The notes beneath the pieces are model-generated. The model had not been told where the DNA came from. It was given only the letters and a program-made list of their open reading frames with translations, and ran no database searches. From Anaerolineae bacterium (GTDB lineage: Bacteria > Chloroflexota > Anaerolineae > UBA1429): a DNA stretch of 64,000 bases. Positions 17,878 through 28,249 of this stretch are shown here, piece by piece. The translations under genes were made by a program, and so were the position numbers. Every line of letters begins with the position of its first letter. Positions within the stretch are counted from its first letter, which is position 1. The stretch is taken from contig OY776562.1 of the NCBI GenBank assembly GCA_963675785.1, positions 2,496,001 through 2,560,000 of the forward strand, in the 5' to 3' direction.

Positions 17878-19197
17878 TTACTCGTAATCCGCAAGATCGA
17901 TGGGCTCATAATCCTCAATAGCATAATCGCTCATGTCCGGTGCCTGGGCCGAATCCCAGTGAATGGTAGCATCCAAAGCCAGTTTGGCCGTGCGCGTCTT
18001 TTTGCCAGGCACATGCCGCGCCGAAGGATCGAGCGAACTGCTGGGTTGATCGGTAAACAATTCCAGATCGCGGTCGGCCTGAAAGCGCGTGGCAATAGCC
18101 CAGGCTACTTGCTCGGGATCATGAATGTTCACGTCATGATCAACCACCACCACGTGCTTGAGCGACGTATGCCCCTTGAAAGCTGCCCGTCCTGCCAGTT
18201 TGCCATCTGCCGGTCTCTGCTTGTCGATCTGCACCACGGCGTGAAGCCAATAACCTCCGCCAGCAGTCATGGTCACATCGGTGCAGCGACAGACCTCATT
18301 CACAGACGCATAAATAGTGGGCTCGCGCGGTGTACCCATGAGCACCTTGTGCTCAGCGCCGCCTGGCAACAACGCCTGATAAATGGGCTCGCGGCGATGG
18401 GTAATGCGCTCTACCACAAAGACGGGTTGTTGGCGCACAAAATCGCGCGTCTGCGTCAGGTCGACAAAGGGCCCTTCATCGACCATCTCGTGAGTAAGCC
18501 GGCCTTCGAGCACGATCTCCGTATCAGCCGGGATGACCAGTTCGTCCTCTATACTCTTACATACCCGAATCGGCGTGAGGGCGTTGGCAATGTGCAGCTC
18601 ATTCACACCGGCTGCTGGCGACATGGCCGCTGCTAACTGTACAGCCGGTGGCGCACCAATACACACTACCATGGGCAGGTCTTCTATAGTGCGCGACCAA
18701 GCGGTGTGTGTGCCACGGTTTTCCACCAGGCGCACCGCAAAACGATCTGGGGCGATTTGCATCAGGCGATGAAAGGCAGCATTTGGCCCAGTCACAGGGT
18801 CATTGATAATAGCCACACCCGAAGTCACATAAGGGCCGCCATCCTTGCCAAAGTGGGTGAGAATGGGCAACTCATCAAGATCGACGCGATCCCGTACCAT
18901 CTGTTGACAGGCTGGCAAATCATCCCATGCGGGCTCAGATGGGTTGGCCAAAGCCTGCACCATGCGCCCCAAGACCTCACTTGGGCCACAATCCAGGAAC
19001 AAAGCCAGGTAATCGCGGCTGCCAAACAGGCCGGCCACAACACGCCCACTCCAGTTAGCTACATCATCAAAAATGACCAACTCTTCGCCCAAAGCATGGA
19101 TGACCCGCGCCATCTCTAGCTCGGCAGAAACCTGCTTGCCCATATGGTGCAACAGGCCGCGCTCGTCGGCCAGCTCAATCAGTTCTCTGACGTCCAC
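17878..19197 (-). CDS. UbiD family decarboxylase; probable trans-anhydromevalonate 5-phosphate decarboxylase
   Basis: DGGPY, FHRL, EIVLEG, EGPFVDLT, VVVVDHDVN, WAIATR; adjacent to AcnX and IPK. Confidence 0.88.
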   Translation of the reverse strand: MDVRELIELADERGLLHHMGKQVSAELEMARVIHALGEELVIFDDVANWSGRVVAGLFGSRDYLALFLDCGPSEVLGRMVQALANPSEPAWDDLPACQQMVRDRVDLDELPILTHFGKDGGPYVTSGVAIINDPVTGPNAAFHRLMQIAPDRFAVRLVENRGTHTAWSRTIEDLPMVVCIGAPPAVQLAAAMSPAAGVNELHIANALTPIRVCKSIEDELVIPADTEIVLEGRLTHEMVDEGPFVDLTQTRDFVRQQPVFVVERITHRREPIYQALLPGGAEHKVLMGTPREPTIYASVNEVCRCTDVTMTAGGGYWLHAVVQIDKQRPADGKLAGRAAFKGHTSLKHVVVVDHDVNIHDPEQVAWAIATRFQADRDLELFTDQPSSSLDPSARHVPGKKTRTAKLALDATIHWDSAQAPDMSDYAIEDYEPIDLADYE

Positions 19198-20134
19198 CCT
19201 GCCGCCTCACTTTTTCCGTGCCTTGCCGGGTCACACGATAGTGATCCAAATCATGTGGTATTTTGGTGTGGGGGAATATAGTCCGTGCCTCTTGAATTAG
19301 CTCGGCTGCCATATACCGCCGGGAAATGTGAACCAGGAACAACTGCTTGACGCCAGCATCCCGTGCCAAGGTTGCCCCCTGGGCCGCTGTCAAGTGGCCG
19401 AAATGTGCTGCCATATCGGCCTCGCGCTGACCGTAGGTCGATTCAATGATCAGTACATCGGCGCCCTTGCAGGCTTCCAACAAATTATCTGTGCGGCCCG
19501 TATCGCCAATATGTACCACCTTGAGCCCAGGCATGGCCTCGTCCAGCACTGTTTCCGGCTCAATAACGCGGCCATCATCCAAGGTAATAGGCTCACCGCT
19601 CACCAGTTTTCGACGCTCTGGGCCGATAGGTACTCCCAAAGCAGTCGCCTTTTCAACATTAAAGGGGCGGTGACTCTTTTCCTCAAATACATAGCCAAAA
19701 CACCCCGGTCCGCGATGTATAACCGGTACAGCGCGAATGGTCATATCATCGTTTTCCCAGATCAAGCCCTCTTGCACGATGTGGCAATCGACGGTCATGT
19801 CTACCTCGCCGCCGCGCAAGACGATGTCCATCAAGGCGGCCACGCGCTCTAGCGCCCAGCGGCCCCCATACAGGTCAATCTCAGAGATGGACTCCCATCG
19901 CGAAAAGGTAGACATCAACCCCCCCAGCCCAAGAATATGATCCAGATGGCCATGGGTGAGCAGTATCTTGTCCAATTTGCGAAAGCCCACGCCGCTTCGC
20001 AGAATCTGGCGCTGCGTGCCCTCGCCAGCATCCACCAAAAAACGTTGGTCATCGTGCATGATGATCAACGAAGAAAGCCCCCGATCAATGGATGGAGCAG
20101 AAGCAGAGGTGCCTAGAAAGACTATTTCAAACAT
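19175..20134 (-). CDS. rnz: Ribonuclease Z
   Basis: FLGTS, DAGEGTQRQ, THGHLDHILG, exosite GVPIGP, GDT, HIS.RY; start set to MFEIV. Confidence 0.92.
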   Translation of the reverse strand: MFEIVFLGTSASAPSIDRGLSSLIIMHDDQRFLVDAGEGTQRQILRSGVGFRKLDKILLTHGHLDHILGLGGLMSTFSRWESISEIDLYGGRWALERVAALMDIVLRGGEVDMTVDCHIVQEGLIWENDDMTIRAVPVIHRGPGCFGYVFEEKSHRPFNVEKATALGVPIGPERRKLVSGEPITLDDGRVIEPETVLDEAMPGLKVVHIGDTGRTDNLLEACKGADVLIIESTYGQREADMAAHFGHLTAAQGATLARDAGVKQLFLVHISRRYMAAELIQEARTIFPHTKIPHDLDHYRVTRQGTEKVRRQGGRQRTD

Positions 20135-20167
20135 ATTCCGGTTCCTAAGGCTCGACGTTTCGCCGAA

Positions 20168-20223
20168 CAAAAGAGGGATATGAGACGCTGGAGATTCACC
20201 TCACGGCGCACTCACATCCCCTT
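20168..20223 (-). terminator. Long hairpin plus U-tract between the GNAT gene and rnz
   Basis: Minus strand GGGAUGUGAG...CUCAUAUCCC then UCUUUUG. Confidence 0.55.
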
Positions 20224-20234
20224 CTCGACTAGAA

Positions 20235-20663
20235 CTACAGATCCTTGCCCATCACAACGATCGGCTCCATCACCTCATATCCAAGGCGTTCGTAAAGGTC
20301 AATAGCCCGGGTATTGCCACGGAACACAAGTAAATGGGTCCGCAAACAGCCCAGCGCGCGCAGTCGCGCCTCCGCCTCAGCAATGAGCGCCGAACCGATG
20401 CCATCCCCGCGCCTATCTGGCGCCACAACCAGATGACTGAGCGTACCGCGCCGGCCGTCCCAACCAGCCATGATTACCCCAACGATGCGCTCGCCCTCTT
20501 CGGCAACCAGAAAAAGGTCTGGATCGCGCTGCAAGCGCTTGTTGATCTCATCCAGCTCATCAGAAGGTCTGAGCGAAACGCCTGGGCCACCATTCAGCCA
20601 GAGATCTCTAACCTGAGGGTAATCCGCAACAACAAAAGGGCGAATCATCCAGCTCTCAGGCAT
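20235..20663 (-). CDS. GNAT family acetyltransferase (YpeA-like)
   Basis: GWDGRRG, VAPDRRGDGIGSAL, N.RAIDLYERLGY. Confidence 0.9.
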   Translation of the reverse strand: MPESWMIRPFVVADYPQVRDLWLNGGPGVSLRPSDELDEINKRLQRDPDLFLVAEEGERIVGVIMAGWDGRRGTLSHLVVAPDRRGDGIGSALIAEAEARLRALGCLRTHLLVFRGNTRAIDLYERLGYEVMEPIVVMGKDL

Positions 20664-22512
20664 CTTGCTCTGTCTGGCCAACTAACTGACGCCAGGGACC
20701 GTAAATACCGTCCTCTGAAACGCCATAGTAAATCAAGTAATCACCGCCCGTACGCTGAACGAGGTCGAAATGAGGGCGACCTGCCCGCTTGTAGCGATGC
20801 CAGAGCCCCAAATCACCCTGCCATTTGACGTTATCTGCCTGGAACGTGCCCTTTTCTTTGAGGGCAATGGCATAACGCCACAGACGCCGCGCCGATGAAT
20901 GGGTCACGTTGTTCACTTCGCCACCATCGCGCAGATCGCGCATGGTATGATACAATACACCGTCACGATCTTCGCTCTTGACGATTTGTACGCCAGTGCT
21001 AGGTCCAGGCATAAGACCATCCGCCCCAATCGTTTCGGGGGCTGCCTTTTCTTCGGGCTTTTCTTTGGCCTGAGAGTTAGAGGGCGCCTGCTCCTTGCCC
21101 TTGTTCCTTGATTGCTGCTTTTGCGGCTCGCGCTGCGCCCTAGGCGCAGGTTTTTCGACGGGTGGACGTTGCGGCGGCGGTGAAGCCTTCGCAGCAGGCT
21201 CCAAAATTCGCTCCAACAAAGCAACCAGCTCATCGCGCATGGCCAATGATGTTTCCGTCTCGCGTCGAAGATAGATTTTACTGCCTTCCATCGCATAGGG
21301 ACGATCCGGCCCAACCGGTACTTCGATACGGATCACATGCACACCGCGCGTTTGCAAATCACTAATGCTCACCTCGAGCTGTGGTGTAATGAGCCGATCA
21401 ATTCCTTTTTGCAGCTCAGCGATTGCCTCTTGCGGCGAATCAATCCCTACAGGAGCCTGGCGTAGATTATGCGACACCCCAACATAAACGGTACCACCCT
21501 GCGTATTGGCAAAAGCTACTACATCACGTAAGACACTGTGCAATCGTCCACCTTGTCGGCTCATACCCTCATGAAAACTCTGCACAATGCTGGGTCCCTC
21601 TTTACGAGCTGCCTCAACATAGTCAAAGGGTGCGGAACGTTGTCGGTAAGGCCGAGTGCGGTCAAACTGAGTGCTTTTGAAAAGCTCCAATAGAGCATCA
21701 AAACTCACTTCGGGGACAAGTACCTCGGTGGCACGCTCACCAATACCAATCTTTTGATGATCGCCTGAAACACCCTGTACAAGGTGAGAATCCGATCCCT
21801 GGATACAGTGCATTCTGCGGGGGTATTCTGGCTTGGAACCGTTAAAGAACGAGGCCGTGGTGCGCCGCCTCTTGGTCTCGAGATCGGTAACCTCCAAAGC
21901 ATGGAGGTTAGGATCCTGAGTAAAAGCAATCTTGGTTTGGCCGCCAAGCCCCAGGCCCACCATGGCCACACCGTTGCTGCTGTTGGCGTGTGCCGCAATC
22001 ACCAAGGCGCCGGCCTTGGCCATGATCCCATAAGCCGAGATCACATCCGTGGTAGCACCCACAAGCACTTCGCCCATTTCCAAGGAACCAATGGGCACAT
22101 CCAGATCGATAAGCACGTGCTCTATGGCACGAATTGGCGTTTTGGGATCAAACAACGCCAAAATATGAAACCCAAACATGGCCGTGAACTCGAACCCTGG
22201 CAAAACCAGGATCTTGTCCAATAACCTCTTGTATTCGTTCAATCGTTCGCGGTCTGGCGGGCGTATAGCCCCGATGGCTTCCCAACGTTCCAGATCATGA
22301 ATCTCTTGCATCATGGCCGCATACCCTGCGACCGTGTTATGGTCCGTAAATCCGATAATATCGAGCCCTTCGGCTTCTGCTTTGCGCAGAATGTCGAGGT
22401 AACTTACACCCGATTCAGCATAGTCTTTGGAGCCAGGCGTATGCAGATGGAGGTCAATTCGTCTCCATTGCATCCTCTCTTTCGAGTCCCTGCTCCCCCT
22501 TGATCTTGCCAC
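20656..22512 (-). CDS. PHP phosphoesterase fused to an AlbA_2 (Schlafen-like) domain and a C-terminal domain
   Basis: [29 protein letters not shown]; then [17 protein letters not shown]...IYLR; start uncertain (GTG 22512 or ATG 22473). Confidence 0.8.
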   Translation of the reverse strand: MARSRGSRDSKERMQWRRIDLHLHTPGSKDYAESGVSYLDILRKAEAEGLDIIGFTDHNTVAGYAAMMQEIHDLERWEAIGAIRPPDRERLNEYKRLLDKILVLPGFEFTAMFGFHILALFDPKTPIRAIEHVLIDLDVPIGSLEMGEVLVGATTDVISAYGIMAKAGALVIAAHANSSNGVAMVGLGLGGQTKIAFTQDPNLHALEVTDLETKRRRTTASFFNGSKPEYPRRMHCIQGSDSHLVQGVSGDHQKIGIGERATEVLVPEVSFDALLELFKSTQFDRTRPYRQRSAPFDYVEAARKEGPSIVQSFHEGMSRQGGRLHSVLRDVVAFANTQGGTVYVGVSHNLRQAPVGIDSPQEAIAELQKGIDRLITPQLEVSISDLQTRGVHVIRIEVPVGPDRPYAMEGSKIYLRRETETSLAMRDELVALLERILEPAAKASPPPQRPPVEKPAPRAQREPQKQQSRNKGKEQAPSNSQAKEKPEEKAAPETIGADGLMPGPSTGVQIVKSEDRDGVLYHTMRDLRDGGEVNNVTHSSARRLWRYAIALKEKGTFQADNVKWQGDLGLWHRYKRAGRPHFDLVQRTGGDYLIYYGVSEDGIYGPWRQLVGQTEQDA

Positions 22513-24991
22513 TGTTATTTCCTTCCACCTTGCCGAACGCTTCCTCAAAAACTTGGTCTACGCGATCGACAAGTACAAATGTCATTTGCTCACGCACATC
22601 ATCGGGTATCTCATCAAGATCTCTTTCATTACGCCGGGGAATACAAATCTTTTTGAGACCCGCACGGTGTGCGGCGAGTACTTTTTCTTTAATGCCGCCA
22701 ACTGGCAGTACCTGGCCACGCAGGGTAATCTCACCCGTCATGGCCAGTTCACCATCAATCGGCGAGTTAGTGAGCAAGGAAGCCAATGCAGTAGCCATAG
22801 CGACGCCTGCCGACGGACCATCTTTGGGGATGGCCCCTGCCGGAACATGCAAATGAATATCGGACCTTTCAAACTGGTCCTCGTCCACGCCAAGAGCGCT
22901 CGCTCTGGAGCGCACATAACTCAGCGCGGCCTGCGCAGATTCGCGCATCACATCGCCTAATTGGCCTGTCACAATAAACTGCTTACTTCCCCGCATCCGG
23001 GTGGCCTCGATGAACAGAATATCTCCGCCAGAGGGTGTCCAGGCCAAACCCGTAGCAACGCCTGGAACCTGTGTACGCTGAGCCGCCTCGTAAAAATAGA
23101 TGGGCTTGCCCAAGTATTCGGCAACATCCTCTGCGCCGACCCTGCACGATTCTGTATCTCCTTCAGCAATTCGCGTGGCCACCTTGCGGCACACACCGCC
23201 AATGCGTCGTTCAAGCTCGCGCACCCCGGCTTCGCGTGTATACTGCCGCACAATTTCTCGAATTGCCGATTCTTCTAGTTGTACCTCGTCCTCACGCAGG
23301 CCGTTTTCACGGATCTGCCTGGGCAAGAGATACTGTCGAGCGATTGCGACCTTTTCCTCTTCGGTATAACCAGAGATCTGGATGATCTCCATGCGGTCGC
23401 GCAACGCACTGGGAATTGTGTCCAGCACATTGGCCGTTGCAATAAAGAACACCTGAGAGAGGTCAAAGGGCACATCCAAATAATGATCGCGAAATTCGCT
23501 GTTCTGCTCGGGGTCCAGCACTTCGAGTAAAGCCGAAGAAGGATCACCCCGGAAATCACTACCTAATTTGTCAATCTCATCCAGCATGAAAACCGGATTT
23601 CGCGATCCGCAACGACTGAGGCCCTGAATAATGCGACCGGGCATGGCGCCAATATAGGTGCGCCTGTGTCCGCGAATTTCAGCCTCGTCGCGCATACCAC
23701 CCAACGATTGACGAATGAACTCTCGGCCCATGGCTCTGGCAATGGAACGCCCAAGCGATGTTTTGCCGACACCCGGAGGGCCTACAAAACACAGAATTAC
23801 GCCCTCACGCTCATGCCGAATGTGATCCGTCGGTTGGTTATCCTCAGAAGGTTCGCCAGTCCGCTCTTGACGCAGCTTGCGCACAGCCAAATACTCGAGA
23901 ATGCGCTCTTTGACGCGCTTGAGGCCGTAATGATCCTCATCAAGAATCTCGCGTGCATCAGAGATCACTAGCTTGTCTTCAGTAAGCACTTGCCAGGGCA
24001 GCTCGGTCAACCATCCCAAATAGGTGCGAATTACACCATACTCTGCAGATGCTGACGGAATCCTGGACATGCGCTCCAATTCGCGCGCCGCCTCCTTTCT
24101 TGCCTCATCCGGCATACCTGATCGTTCAATCTTGTCGCGCAGCTCGTTAATCTCGACCGCTTGCTCGTCTTCCTCACCGAGCTCACGACGGATCGCTTTG
24201 AGCTGTTCTCGCAAATAGTACTCGCGCTGGCTCTTTTCCATGCCCGATTGCGCATCGGTCTGGATCTTTTTGCCCAGTTCGAGCACCTCGACTTCCCGCC
24301 CCAGCACAGTGATGAGACGACGCAGCTTGTCGGCCACGCTGTCCATCTCTAGCACCTGCTGGCGGACGGCCATATCCATTCGTGTACTCGTAGCCACAAC
24401 GTAGGCCAGTTGCCTGGCGTCATCAGCATCGAGCGCACTGGTTACAATCTCTTCTGGTAGATAAGCTGCCAGTTCGACCAACTGGCGGAACAGGTCGATG
24501 GTGGTCCGCATCAAGGCATCAAGCTCGACTGAATCTTCAAGGGAATCCGGGGCAGCTTCTATAGTAGCCCGCATATATGGATCACGCTGGGTAAATCCCG
24601 TCAGGCGAACGCGCTCCAAGCCCTGCACGATGATATGCAACGCCGAACCATCGGGTGTACGCGCCAGACGATGGATCGTCGCCAGAGTGCCGTACTCGTA
24701 GAGATCCTCTGGCGTTGGCTCGTCCACATCGGGATTCTTGAGCGCCACCAGCGCCACCTGACGATCGGCCAAAACCACATCGTCAACCAGCTTGATCGAA
24801 CGGGGTTTTTGCACCAAAAGAGGTAATACGGTAAGCGGAAACACCACCGTGTTTTTTAGTGGAAGTATGGGCAATTCCTGAGGGAATCCAGAAACTTCTG
24901 GCTCTGAGATAACCTCAATTGTTCGTTCTTGTTCTGCTGTATTGTCACTCAACACCTCTATTGGTGTGGTGTTGGTATTATCTGCAACCAT
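22454..24991 (-). CDS. lon: ATP-dependent Lon protease
   Basis: LPILPL N-domain, [34 protein letters not shown]. Confidence 0.97.
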   Translation of the reverse strand: MVADNTNTTPIEVLSDNTAEQERTIEVISEPEVSGFPQELPILPLKNTVVFPLTVLPLLVQKPRSIKLVDDVVLADRQVALVALKNPDVDEPTPEDLYEYGTLATIHRLARTPDGSALHIIVQGLERVRLTGFTQRDPYMRATIEAAPDSLEDSVELDALMRTTIDLFRQLVELAAYLPEEIVTSALDADDARQLAYVVATSTRMDMAVRQQVLEMDSVADKLRRLITVLGREVEVLELGKKIQTDAQSGMEKSQREYYLREQLKAIRRELGEEDEQAVEINELRDKIERSGMPDEARKEAARELERMSRIPSASAEYGVIRTYLGWLTELPWQVLTEDKLVISDAREILDEDHYGLKRVKERILEYLAVRKLRQERTGEPSEDNQPTDHIRHEREGVILCFVGPPGVGKTSLGRSIARAMGREFIRQSLGGMRDEAEIRGHRRTYIGAMPGRIIQGLSRCGSRNPVFMLDEIDKLGSDFRGDPSSALLEVLDPEQNSEFRDHYLDVPFDLSQVFFIATANVLDTIPSALRDRMEIIQISGYTEEEKVAIARQYLLPRQIRENGLREDEVQLEESAIREIVRQYTREAGVRELERRIGGVCRKVATRIAEGDTESCRVGAEDVAEYLGKPIYFYEAAQRTQVPGVATGLAWTPSGGDILFIEATRMRGSKQFIVTGQLGDVMRESAQAALSYVRSRASALGVDEDQFERSDIHLHVPAGAIPKDGPSAGVAMATALASLLTNSPIDGELAMTGEITLRGQVLPVGGIKEKVLAAHRAGLKKICIPRRNERDLDEIPDDVREQMTFVLVDRVDQVFEEAFGKVEGNNSGKIKGEQGLEREDAMETN

Positions 24992-25039
24992 GATGACTCC
25001 ACCAATCAATTCTTGGGCAAAACGCGCTGCCTATCTCCC

Positions 25040-25477
25040 CTATTCCTCCACAGACTTGATGGGAACGTGTCGTTGTCTGTTGTTCTTGGGCAGATATACA
25101 AAGAGGAAGCCATCCTCATAATCAGCGCGAATCGCATCTTCATCGAGTGCCCAACCTATGAGCACTTCAGTACGAAACTCTCCGTAACGGATCTCCATAT
25201 TCTGATAGATGATCTTACCCGTGGGATCCTTACGACGGCCAGAAATTGTGAGCCGCCGATTTTCAAAAGAGACATGCAAATCAGATTCTTGCATGCCCGC
25301 AATCTCTACTTTGACGACGACAGCCTCATCGGTCTCAAAGACATCTGTAGGCGGGCGCCAACAACGGTCGCTGCTGGCACTGTACCACTCGCCTCGCTGA
25401 CTCAAACGCGTCCACCCATGTCCCAAAGCACCAACATCTTCGTCGCCACAAACCTGAATCATTTTGACGTCCATCAT
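25040..25477 (-). CDS. Hsp20/alpha-crystallin small heat shock protein
   Basis: PPTDVFET, EIRYGEF, ADYEDGFL.V.LPK. Confidence 0.92.
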   Translation of the reverse strand: MMDVKMIQVCGDEDVGALGHGWTRLSQRGEWYSASSDRCWRPPTDVFETDEAVVVKVEIAGMQESDLHVSFENRRLTISGRRKDPTGKIIYQNMEIRYGEFRTEVLIGWALDEDAIRADYEDGFLFVYLPKNNRQRHVPIKSVEE

Positions 25478-25582
25478 GTCGGCATGTACCTCATCGGGGT
25501 ATCATCGGAACCAACTCATACGTTCTATTTTACCACACTTGGCAGACGCTCTCAAACAACCATATGACTCAACCAATCATGT

Positions 25583-25611
25583 TTGACAGTGACCCCTAGC
25601 AGGCATAAAAT
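25583..25611 (+). promoter_or_regulatory. Sigma70 promoter of tRNA-Gly
   Basis: TTGACA (25583-25588)-N17-TAAAAT (25606-25611). Confidence 0.8.
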
Positions 25612-25621
25612 ACCCTTGTTC

Positions 25622-25694
25622 GCGGGCGTAGCTCAGTTGGCAGAGCGTCTGCTTCCCAAGCAGAATGTCGTGGGTTCGAATCCCATCGCCCGCT
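25622..25694 (+). tRNA. tRNA-Gly(CCC), CCA not encoded
   Basis: GCGGGCGTAGCTCAGTTGGCAGAGC...TTCCCAA...GGTTCGAATCCC...GCCCGCT. Confidence 0.96.
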
Positions 25695-25701
25695 CTATAT
25701 C

Positions 25702-25736
25702 AAGAGCCTACCTTATTCATCTGGCAGGCTCTTTTT
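25702..25736 (+). terminator. Terminator after tRNA-Gly
   Basis: AAGAGCCT...AGGCTCTT plus T run. Confidence 0.7.
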
Positions 25737-25769
25737 GTTCTATACGGAGCTAGACGGCACAGGGTCACA

Positions 25770-26441
25770 TTAACTGCTCAAATGCAGCACCACTACCCAA
25801 CCTTCGCCTTCAGCCGTAGCACCCTCTTGAAGCGGGAAAGAAAGGTCGAGGGATTGTGTTCCCTCCCAGGGATATTCCCACACGAACCCGCTGGCGTTGA
25901 CAGCAATGAGCTGCTCGCCGGTCATCTCTAGCACCAGGTCAAGCTGTTCATCTCCCCCCGAGCCCGAGCACTCGCCCTGCACGGCGATATCCATGTCCAG
26001 AGTGACCGCATACGTGCCCCAGTCTTGAGGGAGTACGTCTTCATAAGAGATGGCCCCCTGTCCCTCCACGCCAGAGCTGGTGGTAACAAAAGGCACACTC
26101 CCCACGGCTACCGGCTCCAAACCGACGATCTCGGCGGGGCCGACGAGCACTTGGATCTCCAACTCACCGGTTAACCCCTCACAGCGACTGGCCTCCTCCG
26201 GCGGCGTAAGATCGCCTCCCGATAGCGGTGTGGGTGTAAGTGTCGCAGTTGCCGTGGGTATGACAACCACAGTCGGCGTCGAAGAGGGTGTTGGCGTGGG
26301 TGTGTCAGTTGCCGCAGCAGCGGATTCGGGCGTCGTCGTGCCAGGTGCAGAGGTCGGGGTGCAAGCTGCCAAAACAACTATCATACAGAGAACGAAGAAA
26401 ACATAAACCAGACGACCATTATGTGTGCGCATCGACCACAC
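25770..26441 (-). CDS. Putative lipoprotein with Pro/Thr-rich linker
   Basis: Signal peptide with LAAC lipobox, TPTPTP linker, acidic globular C-terminus. Confidence 0.75.
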   Translation of the reverse strand: MWSMRTHNGRLVYVFFVLCMIVVLAACTPTSAPGTTTPESAAAATDTPTPTPSSTPTVVVIPTATATLTPTPLSGGDLTPPEEASRCEGLTGELEIQVLVGPAEIVGLEPVAVGSVPFVTTSSGVEGQGAISYEDVLPQDWGTYAVTLDMDIAVQGECSGSGGDEQLDLVLEMTGEQLIAVNASGFVWEYPWEGTQSLDLSFPLQEGATAEGEGWVVVLHLSS

Positions 26442-26496
26442 TCCTTGGGGTTTTCAGCAAGCACGGCTTTGGGATCACTACGAGCGGTAGCTCAGG

Positions 26497-26725
26497 CTGG
26501 AGGAGTGAGGAATGTAAGAGTCTAGCGCACATAGCAAGCATATGTGCTTGCCCATCTATAATCAGTCTACTTGAAAATAGCACTAAAAGGCAAGGCCAAA
26601 CCTCGGCAAAACGCGCACTTTGCGTACCAACATCATCTGCGCTATTCTTGAACCATGTTATCCGCTCAGCGTCGAGGCGGTTGCCAAAATGGCAACCGCC
26701 TCGTTCCATATCCTCACTCCTTCAG
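26497..26725. repeat. Intergenic segment bounded by 15-bp inverted repeats with internal hairpins
   Basis: CTGGAGGAGTGAGGA (26497-26511) / TCCTCACTCCTTCAG (26711-26725); internal 14-bp perfect hairpin at 26673-26703. Confidence 0.55.
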
Positions 26726-26782
26726 ACTACTATGAGCCGAGGTGTATAATGAAACCATGCAGATCAACAGGGGCATTCATCC

Positions 26783-28240
26783 ATGAGTAAAGGCATTATC
26801 ATTATCGGCTTGGGGCCTGGTCGCATCGAACAACTCACCGTCGAGACAGCGCAAGTACTTGAGCAAGCCAGCGAGCTCTATTTGCGAACCAACGTGCACC
26901 CCACGGTGGCGGATTTGCCCGCTCACTTGGCGTTGCATTCCTTTGACGAGATTTACGAGACCTATGAATCCTTTGCCCAAGTATACAAGCACATCGCCGA
27001 GGAGATCGTTGGTCTGGGGCAGCGGCCCGAGGGCGTGGTGTATGCTGTCCCCGGCCATCCGCTCATCGGTGAAACAACCGTGCCCTTGATCACCCACAAA
27101 GCTAAAGAAATAGGCATTCCTTGCCGAGTGCTGCCCGCCATGAGTTTCATCGAGCCACTGACCATCTCGCTGAACATCGACCCCTTTGATGGCCTACAGA
27201 TCGCCGACGCCACTCTGCTCAGCCAGCACTATCACCCCAACCTCGATCCCGACGTGGCCGTGTTGGTGGTGCAGGTATACAATCGCAATATCGCCTCTGA
27301 AGCCAAGATGACGCTGATGAACCTCTATCCTGACGAACAACCCATTCGGGTGATCACCAGCGCGGGCACTCCGAACGAGAAAATTCAAGAGATTCCCCTG
27401 TACGAGCTGGATCGCCTGTCCAACCTCGACCATCTGACCAGCGCTTATATTCCGCCCATGCCCCAACGCAGCAGTCTGGCCAGCTATCAGGATATTGTGG
27501 CCCAACTGCGCAGTCCCAACGGCTGCCCATGGGACAGAGAGCAAACCCATGAATCATTGCGCCCTTACCTGCTGGAAGAGGCCTACGAGGTACTGCAAAC
27601 CATGGACGAGGACGATATGCCCCACCTGCAGGAAGAGCTGGGCGACCTGCTGCTCCAGGTCTTTTTAAATGCCCAAATCGCCACCGAAGACGCCGACTTT
27701 AAGATGGTTGATGTGACCCGCGACATTATCGCCAAGCTGACTCGGCGGCATCCCCATGTTTTTGGTGAAGCAACGGTCGATGATTCGGGCGATGTACTAC
27801 GCAACTGGGAAGAGATCAAAAAGCAAGAGCGCGCCGAGGAAAAGCCGCGCTCCATGCTAGACAGTATTCCCGATGCCCTACCCGCCCTAACCCGTGCACT
27901 AAAGGTGCAAGAACGCGCCGCCCGCGTAGGCTTTGACTGGGATGAAATCGGCCCAGTACGCGCCAAAATCGACGAAGAACTGCGTGAGATGGACGAAGCC
28001 CCAGATGCCATAAATCGTGAGCACGAATTGGGCGATCTGCTCTTTAGCATTGTCAACGTGGCTCGCTGGTACGAAATCGACCCAGAGGCAGCCCTGCGTG
28101 GTTCGGTGCGGCGTTTTGCCAATCGCTTTGGCCATATTGAAACTGCGGCTGACAGTAACGGCACCTCACTGGTCGATATGACCTTCGAAGAGATGGATGT
28201 GCTCTGGGAAGAAGCCAAAAAGAAAGAGCGCAAAGGTTAG
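26783..28240 (+). CDS. mazG: Tetrapyrrole-methylase-like/MazG fusion (YabN type) NTP pyrophosphohydrolase
   Basis: GLGPG, YAVPGHP; GCPWDREQTHESL, EELGDLL, RRHPHVF, VGFDW. Confidence 0.93.
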   Translation: MSKGIIIIGLGPGRIEQLTVETAQVLEQASELYLRTNVHPTVADLPAHLALHSFDEIYETYESFAQVYKHIAEEIVGLGQRPEGVVYAVPGHPLIGETTVPLITHKAKEIGIPCRVLPAMSFIEPLTISLNIDPFDGLQIADATLLSQHYHPNLDPDVAVLVVQVYNRNIASEAKMTLMNLYPDEQPIRVITSAGTPNEKIQEIPLYELDRLSNLDHLTSAYIPPMPQRSSLASYQDIVAQLRSPNGCPWDREQTHESLRPYLLEEAYEVLQTMDEDDMPHLQEELGDLLLQVFLNAQIATEDADFKMVDVTRDIIAKLTRRHPHVFGEATVDDSGDVLRNWEEIKKQERAEEKPRSMLDSIPDALPALTRALKVQERAARVGFDWDEIGPVRAKIDEELREMDEAPDAINREHELGDLLFSIVNVARWYEIDPEAALRGSVRRFANRFGHIETAADSNGTSLVDMTFEEMDVLWEEAKKKERKG

Positions 28241-28249
28241 GAGCTTGCT

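Noticed and set aside
8918-19197. Archaeal-type ether lipid synthesis (mevalonate genes plus CDP-alcohol transferase)
   Set aside because: No GGGP or DGGGP synthase in the window, the transferase is unlinked, and PlsC points to ordinary acyl lipids
25478-25582. CIRCE or other heat-shock operator upstream of hsp20-lon
   Set aside because: No TTAGCACTC-N9-GAGTGCTAA or other clear repeat found
26600-26632. c-di-GMP-I riboswitch (minus-strand GGTACGCAAAG)
   Set aside because: The upstream GGCAAAC/GAAA P2 element is missing
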